Of a stretch of 64,000 bases of DNA, positions 8,905-18,100 are shown in pieces (the stretch's first letter is position 1; the number at the start of each line of letters is the position of its first letter). The notes under the pieces are model-generated. The model was not told the DNA's origin. It saw only the letters and a list, made by a program, of their open reading frames with translations, and did no database searches. Both the position numbers and the translations under genes were made by a program. Source of the stretch: a virus. The stretch lies in the IMG/VR virus record IMGVR_UViG_3300022871_000011, positions 1-64,000 of that record; one strand, 5' to 3'.

Positions 8905-9861
8905 TTAAGTACTGCTACTGCTCTCTGAGCTACTCTCGCTGCTATTAGAGCTACTGCTACTTTCGCTAGTATAACTGCTACTGCTATCACTGCTCTGACT
9001 TGTGCTACTGCTGCTATAAGCCCCGGCTGCTGTGCTACTGGAACTTTCGTTCTCAACCCACCCGCCGCTGCTCTCGCTACCGCTGCTATCAGTCTTGGTA
9101 CTCTCACTAGAGAAGCTACTGGAGCTTGTTAGGCTTGTGCTACTGCTGGAGTTACTACTAAGTGTGCTGCTACTATCACTGCTCTCACTACTGGAGAGAG
9201 AACTTCTGCGACTGCTCTCACTGGCACTACTATCAGATCTACTGGTCGGTGTGCTTTCTGAGCTGCTTAAGGATGTTGCACTACTTGTGCTGTCACTACT
9301 GGAGCTTAAGCTACTTGAGCTTGAACTACTAAGTGAGCTACTGCTGCTGCTAGATGCTAGGCTTCTAAGAGCTTCACTGCTGCTACTATTACTGGAGCTA
9401 CTGTCTGAGCTACTGGAACTATCATATACTGTGTAGTTGAAGTTAACAGTTTCGTCTTCATATAACTCGTCAAGCTTATCTTTATTATTAAGGAGGTATT
9501 GTATGTCCTGTTTGATTATATCCCATGTGGTGTCCATGACATCTACACTGCGGAATACCAGGTCGATATATGTTAGACGGAAGAATGGGATATCCCCTAC
9601 AGGCTCATTTTTTGGATAGTCTGCCATGTCGCTCGTCGAAGCAATATTGCAGAACTTATCATCCGGCACTATTTCTCCTGGTAAACTTGGGAATCTTTGG
9701 TAAACCATCACCTCGGGTTCCATTCCGACATGTTCAGATATCCATGCCCTCAACCGGTGTGTTCCCTCGGGCTGTAGTCGAGTTATTTTTGATTTAAGTT
9801 GTAAGCCGTATGATGACATATTTTTTAACCTCTCTATAGTGTTATCCTTAATATACGTCAT
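8905..9861 (-). CDS. Protein with globular N-domain and ~170-aa Ser-rich C-terminal tail
   Basis: ORF composition; third Ser-rich protein flanking the glycosyltransferase cluster. Confidence 0.75.
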   Translation of the reverse strand: MTYIKDNTIERLKNMSSYGLQLKSKITRLQPEGTHRLRAWISEHVGMEPEVMVYQRFPSLPGEIVPDDKFCNIASTSDMADYPKNEPVGDIPFFRLTYIDLVFRSVDVMDTTWDIIKQDIQYLLNNKDKLDELYEDETVNFNYTVYDSSSSSDSSSSNSSSSEALRSLASSSSSSSLSSSSSSSLSSSSDSTSSATSLSSSESTPTSRSDSSASESSRRSSLSSSESSDSSSTLSSNSSSSTSLTSSSSFSSESTKTDSSGSESSGGWVENESSSSTAAGAYSSSSTSQSSDSSSSYTSESSSSSNSSESSSESSSST

Positions 9862-9908
9862 ATGTGAGGACTTGTAAAGCGTACCACATGATTATATATT
9901 AACTTATC

Positions 9909-9983
9909 ATGGGACGCAGACCTTATACAACTGAATATTTTATTAAACAAGCCACACAGATTCATGGCTTAAAGTTCAATTAG
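9909..9983 (+). pseudogene. Remnant of a DUF723-type homing-endonuclease N-terminus
   Basis: MGRRPYTTEYFIKQATQIHGLKFN* resembles the TTEEFIEKAKKVHGDKYDY repeat; stops after 24 codons. Confidence 0.45.
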
Positions 9984-9997
9984 ACTCAATAATTGAA

Positions 9998-10315
9998 TCA
10001 CTTAAGCTTTGACTTACACGGTCCAATATTAAGTTGTATAGGGCCTGTTATACTATAGTGCTTGCTCAATGCTTCATATACAAGATCTGACTTACCGTTA
10101 CGTATAGCCCTCAGAAGACCAGCCCCTATAGAGGGCGCCAGGTAACCGGGCTTGAGTTTCTGCTTCCTGCACTTGGAGCAACCACGTTTACCCATGGATC
10201 TTTTATATAGGTCACGTACCCCGCTCATTTCAGGCAACTGGTAGATAGCTGGAATCTGAAGTATATTAATAGAGTCAGAATCTGTTATGGTATTTGAGGG
10301 TTGTATTGTTGACAT
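9998..10315 (-). CDS. Hypothetical protein with GCSKC motif
   Basis: ORF with GGAG upstream. Confidence 0.6.
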   Translation of the reverse strand: MSTIQPSNTITDSDSINILQIPAIYQLPEMSGVRDLYKRSMGKRGCSKCRKQKLKPGYLAPSIGAGLLRAIRNGKSDLVYEALSKHYSITGPIQLNIGPCKSKLK

Positions 10316-10379
10316 TGCGCTTCATCTCCATTATAGTATTTAATAATATACCCTTTACAAACATAGGATACAAAAAATT

Positions 10380-11414
10380 ATGAACACACTAGCTGATGTT
10401 TACGGGGATGCTTCATACAAAGGTTTTATGAAGATTGCCCAAGAAGTAGAGATTCCAGCCTTTGTCAAAGAAGGATCTCTTGACTCGGACGCTTTCAACA
10501 CGTACAGCCCTGACGCTTTCGGGGACCCTTCTCAGCGCAAGTACCCAATCGATAATAAATCGAATACGTGGGTCTCCAGAGAATTTTTCGAAAGAGAAAA
10601 GGTTATGTATGACCCTCAGATGCGCGATGTGATTGAACAGCGCATACAGAAAGCAGCCTCCTTCTGGAAACTGCCTGAGTCCGTAAAGATCGCTGCACCA
10701 GATGAAGAGTATCATCCAGTGTCTGCTATGCATGGCAATAAGAAGATCTTCGAGACTAAGATCAGCCGCCCACAACATTATAAAGAAGCAGCCGAACATC
10801 TGATCAATAACAAGAGCAAGATGACATATGAGATGAGGCGCACGTTTGCACGTGACCTACTCAACACACCTGAAGAGCTGCGTATGGACTTAGACAAAGA
10901 AGCATCCGAATACTTAGAGAAGGCGGCCGGTTATGGCATGGCCACTAATGTAACACTCATGGAAGGTATCATGAGCCGCGTTGCTCACTTATATAGAACT
11001 TACCCTGAGCTCTCTGACAAACTCGTCAAAGCAGCAAAGGAACTCAAAGACATGGACTATACACCAGCCACCCTTGATAGGGTTGCGGGTATGCTTGATG
11101 TCGTTGATAGAGCCGTTGAACTGCATCGTTACTATGATAACGGACATAAGACTCCTGAGGAATCTGTGTTTACTATCACTGAGAAGACTGCACGTGACTT
11201 CACTGAAGAAGCCGTCAGACTCTCTACAGGTAACGTTATCAGCAAGACAGCCCTACTGAACAAGAAATCAATGGTAGATGAATTCTTTGAAAACTACATG
11301 GGCGAAATGCCTTATGAGTCTGACCAAGAAATGATCGAGATTGTAGCATCCCTGCCTCGTGATGATGCAGAAGCACTTGAGAGTTCAGTATCACTTAAAG
11401 GAATAAAGATATAA
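10380..11414 (+). CDS. Hypothetical phage protein, possibly head-associated
   Basis: 344-aa ORF; FGDPSQRKYPID motif recalls the F.DP..RKYPID motif of phage head-region proteins. Confidence 0.65.
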   Translation: MNTLADVYGDASYKGFMKIAQEVEIPAFVKEGSLDSDAFNTYSPDAFGDPSQRKYPIDNKSNTWVSREFFEREKVMYDPQMRDVIEQRIQKAASFWKLPESVKIAAPDEEYHPVSAMHGNKKIFETKISRPQHYKEAAEHLINNKSKMTYEMRRTFARDLLNTPEELRMDLDKEASEYLEKAAGYGMATNVTLMEGIMSRVAHLYRTYPELSDKLVKAAKELKDMDYTPATLDRVAGMLDVVDRAVELHRYYDNGHKTPEESVFTITEKTARDFTEEAVRLSTGNVISKTALLNKKSMVDEFFENYMGEMPYESDQEMIEIVASLPRDDAEALESSVSLKGIKI

Positions 11415-12074
11415 ATGTATCCCGAATCAGTAGCAGAGAAGCTACGGGATCCTGCACTGTTCTGTTCCTCTGTTCTGATTTTGCTTATAGATAACTTCGG
11501 CACGGAGGTACTGGACTGGGAACCGGAAGCTATATACCTTGAGTTGGAAGACACCTTCAAGGTAAAGGTCACCAGATTGCTGGCTGATAAGATTAACGCA
11601 GCCTGCGCATTAATGTCGACCGATTTATACCACAAGTCACTAGAGGGCTTCTGTACTATTAACTCCGCCTTCAACTTCAAGACAGTATCCGATTCAGACT
11701 TTAACTTCTGCACCCTTGAGGATATCATGTGGGGTTTAACAGAAGCACGTATGCTAGAAGGCCCGGCAATGTTCGACGAGGCAGAGTTCTCCCATGACAT
11801 TGCACGCTACACAGCAGAGCTTCTATCTGTAGAGGGTATAACCAAACCTCCGGAACTAATGAAGTATGCAGAGTATGAACCCGGTGAACTAGATCAGCGC
11901 AGCCTTACGTTGGCTGGTGATGCTATGGCAGCAGAGGCATACTGGGGCAGACAAGAAGAAGAACGCGTTAAGCTAGAAGAATTGGCTACTAAAAACTTAG
12001 AGGCGCTGTTAGAAGAAGTTACAACACTTCCCCTTAAAAATGGTAAAGCATCTCTTCCTGAGAATTTTAAATAA
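11415..12074 (+). CDS. Hypothetical protein
   Basis: 219-aa ORF abutting the upstream stop and followed by a terminator. Confidence 0.7.
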   Translation: MYPESVAEKLRDPALFCSSVLILLIDNFGTEVLDWEPEAIYLELEDTFKVKVTRLLADKINAACALMSTDLYHKSLEGFCTINSAFNFKTVSDSDFNFCTLEDIMWGLTEARMLEGPAMFDEAEFSHDIARYTAELLSVEGITKPPELMKYAEYEPGELDQRSLTLAGDAMAAEAYWGRQEEERVKLEELATKNLEALLEEVTTLPLKNGKASLPENFK

Positions 12075-12088
12075 ACAACAGCTACCTT

Positions 12089-12126
12089 AAACCCTCCTCT
12101 GCTTCGGCGTTGGAGGGTTTTTTATT
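12089..12126 (+). terminator. Rho-independent terminator
   Basis: AAACCCTCC...GGAGGGTTT stem with TTCG loop, followed by a T-run. Confidence 0.8.
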
Positions 12127-12135
12127 AGGAGTAGT

Positions 12136-12369
12136 ATGGACGATATACAAAAACATGGTTCGATCTATTTAAAAAGAGTAAGAAAGGAGGATGCTACTTG
12201 CATTGGCTGTTACTTCCATCAAAATAGAGACGTAGAGGAATGCCCAGTGCCTAGGCACATGTCATGTTACAATGCCGCCAATTACGCGTGTATCTGGGTG
12301 GAGATGGATAACCTATATGGGGACCTATTAACAGTAAAGGAGTTAACAGATGGTAATAAAAAAGGATAA
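12136..12369 (+). CDS. Small Cys-rich protein, family with C-terminal DLLxVKELTD motif
   Basis: CIGC..C..C..C plus MDNLYGDLLTVKELTD. Confidence 0.7.
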   Translation: MDDIQKHGSIYLKRVRKEDATCIGCYFHQNRDVEECPVPRHMSCYNAANYACIWVEMDNLYGDLLTVKELTDGNKKG

Positions 12370-12619
12370 GAAGGGGAGGCGCTATAAGCTTGTAACAGGT
12401 CCTATAACAGGAGTACCTACTTGTGTTAAATGTGCCTGGGGCGGTACCCTAACCTGCGCCCGTGATTCAAAGGAGTGGCTGCATATGTGTACGGACAGCG
12501 ACCTCCAACAACAACATGCCCTTCCCGGAGCATATACGCTTTTCTGGGAACGGATGGATGACTTATATGATGATCTACTTAAAGTAAAGGAGCTTACAGA
12601 TGAAAGTAACAAACATTGA
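12350..12619 (+). CDS. Small Cys-rich protein, DLLKVKELTD family
   Basis: CVKC..C..C plus MDDLYDDLLKVKELTD. Confidence 0.7.
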   Translation: MVIKKDKKGRRYKLVTGPITGVPTCVKCAWGGTLTCARDSKEWLHMCTDSDLQQQHALPGAYTLFWERMDDLYDDLLKVKELTDESNKH

Positions 12620-13562
12620 GGAGATCAAACCTCCCACAATAGCCTGCCACGCGGCAGCCATAGAATATAACGGAGACGAACCCATCTATGCATGGTTCGG
12701 AGGCTCGCGCGAAGGTGCGGGAGATGTTAGAATCTATATACAGTATAAAGGTAAGGTACATCCTCTGCGCATGAGCCTGGATTGTGCACTACCGGCATGG
12801 AACCCTGTATTCATGAGAATGCATGACCAGCTTTATATGTTTTTTAAAGTAGGAACATTCTGTGACAGTTGGCAGACCTTCCTATTAGAGATTAGCTTTG
12901 CTGACGATAGTATCTGTTTAGGTAAAACTATAATGATGCCTGCTGGGTTTAATGGCCCTGTTAAGACTGCCCCTGTAGTAATGGGTAATATAGCATATAT
13001 GGGATCATCTGTAGAGACCCATTTTAAATGGACATCCTATACAGAGACCGCTATCCTTAATGATGGTAAGTGGTTCTTTCACCGGGGCGACCCTATTGGA
13101 GTATTCAGTACACACCCATTCAAAGGTTTAATACAACCTGCACTGTGGATGGAGGGTACCGTACTGCACGCAATGTTCCGTAGTAGTAAGGAGTCAGGAT
13201 ACATATGGCACGCTATGCAGGATGATGATGGTAACTGGCGCCCCGCTATGGCTACACATATACCTAATCCTAATAGCGGTATAGATGTTGTACAGCATAG
13301 TAATGGTAAGCGTTACCTTATATATAATCCATCAGCCGAGGCAAGGACACCGCTGAACATAGCGGAGTTCGAATTGAATAAGGCTGGTAACCCTGAACTT
13401 TTGAAAGTTGTGGAGATAGAAGCAGTGTCGAATGCACAAGCGTGGAACATTGGCACACCAGAGGTTTCTTATCCATATGGAATAGAAGCACCTAACGGCG
13501 ATATAACAGTGGTCTATACCCATAGGCGTAAAACTATTAAATGTGCTACTGTGGTACCTTAA
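12600..13562 (+). CDS. BNR-repeat exo-alpha-sialidase-like protein (BNR_2)
   Basis: AWFGGSREG, WNPVF, GPVKTAP, IQPALW, IPNPNSGIDVV, RTPLNIA, EVSYPY, VYTHRRKTIK. Confidence 0.8.
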   Translation: MKVTNIEEIKPPTIACHAAAIEYNGDEPIYAWFGGSREGAGDVRIYIQYKGKVHPLRMSLDCALPAWNPVFMRMHDQLYMFFKVGTFCDSWQTFLLEISFADDSICLGKTIMMPAGFNGPVKTAPVVMGNIAYMGSSVETHFKWTSYTETAILNDGKWFFHRGDPIGVFSTHPFKGLIQPALWMEGTVLHAMFRSSKESGYIWHAMQDDDGNWRPAMATHIPNPNSGIDVVQHSNGKRYLIYNPSAEARTPLNIAEFELNKAGNPELLKVVEIEAVSNAQAWNIGTPEVSYPYGIEAPNGDITVVYTHRRKTIKCATVVP

Positions 13563-13591
13563 AACGTCCACACGGGCATTCTAGGAGGATG

Positions 13592-13846
13592 ATGAAGATA
13601 CTAAAGAAAACACTTGTAGAAATAAGAGGAATAACAGTATATGCAGTATACTTTGAGATGGGGACAAGGGAGACTTATCCTTGTGACATATGTTGCTTTG
13701 AGCCAGACGCCCCTCCCCCTGCCGGTAGTGATCAGAGTAGACGCTGCCCTCATTCGGATGGTGAGTGTCCTACTCAAACATACTTCGAAGCACTGGACCC
13801 TCTACACGCAGATTTATTAAAAGTAAAGGAGATAACAGATGGCTGA
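13592..13846 (+). CDS. Small Cys-rich protein, DLLKVKEITD family
   Basis: AGGAGG RBS; CDICC..C..C plus LDPLHADLLKVKEITD. Confidence 0.65.
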   Translation: MKILKKTLVEIRGITVYAVYFEMGTRETYPCDICCFEPDAPPPAGSDQSRRCPHSDGECPTQTYFEALDPLHADLLKVKEITDG

Positions 13847-14183
13847 CAAAGAACAAGCAGAGGCGAAGCAGTTATATACGGCTCGCAAAAGTCACTTAGA
13901 TGTTCCTGTTGGTTCTTTTAATCTATTAACACACCAATGGGAGCCTTCAAGAACACATAAAGAATGGCAGCCGTGTTGTACGGCTATCCAAGGGTCGGAG
14001 AGTCAGGAGGGGTATATGTTTACCCACTGCATGTCTTCCCGACATATAGGCCACAAGTGTGGTTTAGAAGGCAAGGAACTATTAGAGTTCGTTGATTACA
14101 CCGAATGCCAAGCATTTGATGATGAACTAGCAAAAGGAGATATCTATGACGACGAAGAGATCGAAAAGTGCTGCGATGCTTAG
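13839..14183 (+). CDS. Hypothetical protein
   Basis: coupled ORF with AAGGAG RBS. Confidence 0.6.
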   Translation: MADKEQAEAKQLYTARKSHLDVPVGSFNLLTHQWEPSRTHKEWQPCCTAIQGSESQEGYMFTHCMSSRHIGHKCGLEGKELLEFVDYTECQAFDDELAKGDIYDDEEIEKCCDA

Positions 14184-14661
14184 GCATGTTTATCATGTCG
14201 GGTGGTGCAGGCTATACAGATTGAAGAGAAACTTGTCCAAGCTTTCTAGAAAAGAGTTTGATCCTGTTTTTCTAAAATACCTTGCTGACCGGTGGTGGGT
14301 TAATGAAACAGCACTGCAGGAGCATATAGAGCTGGAGCATGTGTCTCAAAAGCTCAGCTATGGTTACGACGATGAGGAGGAGGGCATCCACTATTCCAAG
14401 AAGTTGTTCCCTATGCCCTCATGGGCAGTGGACCGATGTAATAGGTTCGATAGGGGTGGCCTGATAGAGGACACTTGCGAGCACGGAGTGGGACACCCTA
14501 ACGCCTTTTGGCTGGAGTTTAATGCCTTGGTAAATGAGTGGAACGGCACACCAGAGCGTAGTAGGCATGATGGCACACACGGCTGCGATGGCTGCTGTAG
14601 GCATGAGGATACCCGTAAAAGAAAAGGAGACCCGCCATGGAGGCCTACCCAGACCCCTTAA
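14146..14661 (+). CDS. Conserved phage hypothetical protein (CEHGVGHP...HGCDGCC metal-binding motif)
   Basis: motif pattern; AAGGAG RBS. Confidence 0.65.
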   Translation: MTTKRSKSAAMLRHVYHVGWCRLYRLKRNLSKLSRKEFDPVFLKYLADRWWVNETALQEHIELEHVSQKLSYGYDDEEEGIHYSKKLFPMPSWAVDRCNRFDRGGLIEDTCEHGVGHPNAFWLEFNALVNEWNGTPERSRHDGTHGCDGCCRHEDTRKRKGDPPWRPTQTP

Positions 14662-14873
14662 AAGATGATGCATACACCAATGCACATATGATGCTGGATG
14701 AGCTGGTGAGTATTCGAAGGAAGCACACCATTATAAGAATAGCCCTGGAGCAGGCCTCATCTAAAGGTGATTCAATGCCTGTTCAGGGTTGGAACACGGA
14801 GGCCCTCATAACAGGGGCCATGGGCAGGGGTGAGCCTTGTCTACCAGCTGGGCTCCTAGATGAGCTTACTTAA
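14637..14873 (+). CDS. Hypothetical protein
   Basis: AAGGAG RBS; overlapping gene chain. Confidence 0.55.
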   Translation: MEAYPDPLKDDAYTNAHMMLDELVSIRRKHTIIRIALEQASSKGDSMPVQGWNTEALITGAMGRGEPCLPAGLLDELT

Positions 14874-15181
14874 AGCTCGCGCTTGTCAGGGTCTTCGTTC
14901 TTTTTAAGACGTTGTTCCTTGGCCTCGCCGACGCGCTCAATAATGTCCTTAACGATGTCCATCATGACTTTGGCATCTTTTACCTTTTCTAGCTTGGAAG
15001 CTATTACAACAAGCACCTCTGCTCGTTCGATGGCTTCCTCGATAGAAAGGATCTTGGTTTCGACTGGGTTACCAATCTCTTTAATACCGTCTTTACGTTT
15101 GCCTGTGTCATAGACCTCCAGGACAACATTACCGTTCTTGGCTGTTACGCCCTTAATGTTCGACATGTGTTGGGATTCCAT
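14870..15181 (-). CDS. Hypothetical protein downstream of terminase
   Basis: GGAGG RBS; directly follows terL. Confidence 0.7.
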   Translation of the reverse strand: MESQHMSNIKGVTAKNGNVVLEVYDTGKRKDGIKEIGNPVETKILSIEEAIERAEVLVVIASKLEKVKDAKVMMDIVKDIIERVGEAKEQRLKKNEDPDKREL

Positions 15182-15193
15182 AATATCCTCCGG

Positions 15194-18100
15194 TTACCAA
15201 ACTACTTTCTCTGGATCAGTCGGGGCCGCTAAGGCCAGCTGCTGTTCCGTTATTGTAAACTTATCCTTGACAGTGTTCATGTCAGGGTACGATTGACGTG
15301 TGTGCCATATGGCCGAACACGCATAATTTAAAGCATGGGCAAAGTCATCACTCTTTTTGGGAGCTTTGCCTATAAGATACATAATACCGCCTCTGGGTAA
15401 TTCCCGGGGCATCTCTACAAGGTTAAGTAGATCATCCAGTACTATCTTGGATTCGTCATCATAGAACGGCAGTGAGATCTTATGTGCCCTTAACATAGCG
15501 CACATAACAGCCAAGCTCCGTGCTTTATCGATGCTGTAAGAGAACCGGGTACCGTTACCTGTAGGTGGGTTATAGGTTATAACATCTTTGTTGGTGCTGC
15601 TAACGTATGTGTAAGGTATGATCTGATGATCGGGCAAACCTGCCTGTCTCATCAAGGATTCCCTAACATAACCTGCGCCACCATAATCATGTGCCATATA
15701 GACACACTGAAACTTGCGGAACTGATCCATGATATACATGGACTCTTCTTCAGGGCTCATACCCATGGGGAGCCTCTCAGAGTATAAGTTATCTACTACA
15801 TCTGTACCGTTACGGAAACCCACGACGGCTAATGCAGTGTAGCTCTCTGATAAGTCTCCGCCACCACTCCAGTCAACACCCATAACATAACCGGAATACT
15901 GGTTGCGCAACTTAATTGTAGCAGCCATATCATTCTTATGTTTACCGGCCGCTGAGATTAAGTCGGCTTGTGATAATAGTTTAACGTTTTCATCGCAAGG
16001 CACCCCCAGTACCTCGTTATAGAATTTAGCCTTAGAGTAGGACCCGGGACCTTCCATTTTACCGAGTAGGGCCTGCCACTTAGCTTTAATCCCATAATGA
16101 AGAGGATGTGTTACCTGGCAGAAATGATAACCAGCATGCGTGGCAGCCAAGTCAGGCCGTGCATGTACATAGTAACCCCGGCGCCCATCTAAGGTGCCCC
16201 CGCATTTGGCACATATAATAGTTTTCTTACCCAGCATCTTAATCAGGTCCTGCTCAATCGATGCTATATTCTTTTTACGACAGTGACTACAAGGGATACA
16301 CCACTCCGCCATACTACTGTCGTTCCACACCACTGCAAGTGTTCCATCCGACGTCTTAGGCGTACCGGTATATTGCTGGAAACCGAAGTACCTATTTGCA
16401 CTTGTTGTTTCGAATAAAATTGGGAGGAAATCGTAGTCAATGTCTTGGCAATTAAGGCTTTGCACATTATTTGCAAGAATATAATTATGCGTTCCGACCA
16501 CCTCTATATCGTAAACAGGCTGCACAGCTGTAACCTCTATTTTAGATATTCTGCTAAGGGTTACGCCTGCTCCAGCTTCCTTGCACGGTAACGCCGCTGG
16601 TTGTCCCTCAACTTTAACTTCTGACACACCTCGGCCTGGCAGACGGTGCTTGTCTTCTTGTAGAGGGGTTCCCCGCAGTACCTGCAATGGCCTGTTGGCC
16701 CTTTCGCCAGTATTTTGCGCTTGTGCCGGGCATTCGTTATAAGGCGCTGTCTTTCTTTCTCTGCAGGGTCGTTGGCAAGCCTCTCTTTCCTGCGTTGGTC
16801 CGACCGGGCATTCTGTTCTTTTACTTTGTCGGGGTTGTTCTTGCGCCACTCTTTTGTGTGCACTGCCTCTGCTTTGTGGTCCCTGCGTGCGTTGGCCTTG
16901 TCCAGCCGATCTCTGTAGCGTCCCTGGTCCTTCTTTAATTTTGCATAATACCGTTTGCGCTCCGACTGTAGACTTGCTTCGTATGCCGGGTCTCCCTTTA
17001 GCGATGTCCGCTTGTCGCGTTTGCGTTCGTTTACAAGGTCCCTGTTGCGTTCCAGGTAGGCTGCTGCATGCTTTCTTCCCATTGCCCTGCTGTACACTAG
17101 GTCCTTGTAGTAACAGCGCCTGGCTATTATCCTGGATTGTTCCGGGTTGGCACGGCGCCACTCCGCGGACTTCTCCATTATGTATTCTTTGTTTTCTTCG
17201 TAATATTCGTGTTTGACTATGTGATCGTACTCCTCTTTGCATGCACCCTCGCATACCCATGCTCCCTTGGTTAGCTCTGCCCCGCACATTAAGCAACGGT
17301 GTTCTATACGGTTTATCTTGTAAGCCATCGGTGCAGGCATGTAAGGTGCTATCAACGGTATCAGGGTTATTGTGCCCTTCGCAGTTATGTATAGCAGAGG
17401 GTACGTGAAGACTTCCCCGTCCCTCGTTTTGTTCACCATATACACTTTGCTCTCCACACCATACTTGGCCATTAGCCATGTAGATAGCAGGTCCACTTCC
17501 TCCGGGCTGAACCCGTGAGTCGATATGCTCACAGTCCTGCGTCCGCTGTCCAGACATCCGTCGTCCCCTATCCACCACGCTATCCCCTCGGGGGTCAGCT
17601 GTGAGAGCCACTCCGTGTTCACTAGCTTGTGATGCCCGTCCGGGCATGTTAGGGTGAAGATATAGTGAAACACTGAGAGGGCCTGCGTCCTCCAGACACT
17701 CGACCATTCTCCGTAACCCCCGTTCTTGATCTTGTAAGGTGCTCTGGTGGCGTACTCTGCTAACAGGGCGTACTTCTCCAGGTTGTATTGGTGCTGGCAC
17801 CACCCGTGATTTGAGCGGTAACATACAGTCTGCTTGGCTGCGCTGCTTACCTGCATTGAGCCATCCCCTAGCATCGTACCCAGTAACAGCTGCTTCTGTG
17901 ATGCCGTCAAAGTCTCCGGTTTGTTTTGCATACTCATAATTTATTACCTCCGATAATCGTACAGGGCCTATAGATGTGGGGAATGAATGATCACCCGTAC
18001 ACTCTATTGTTTCACCTGTCTCTAGTGTAACTTTAAAACACAGCCGCTCCCCGTGATAGGAAGCATCCTTTGCTGCGATACTATTTAACACTGTACCATC

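Noticed and set aside
16561-17937. Group I intron or split intein as the explanation of the nested terL endonuclease
   Set aside because: No P/Q/R/S core seen, and the intein frame has no stop, so the intein is not split
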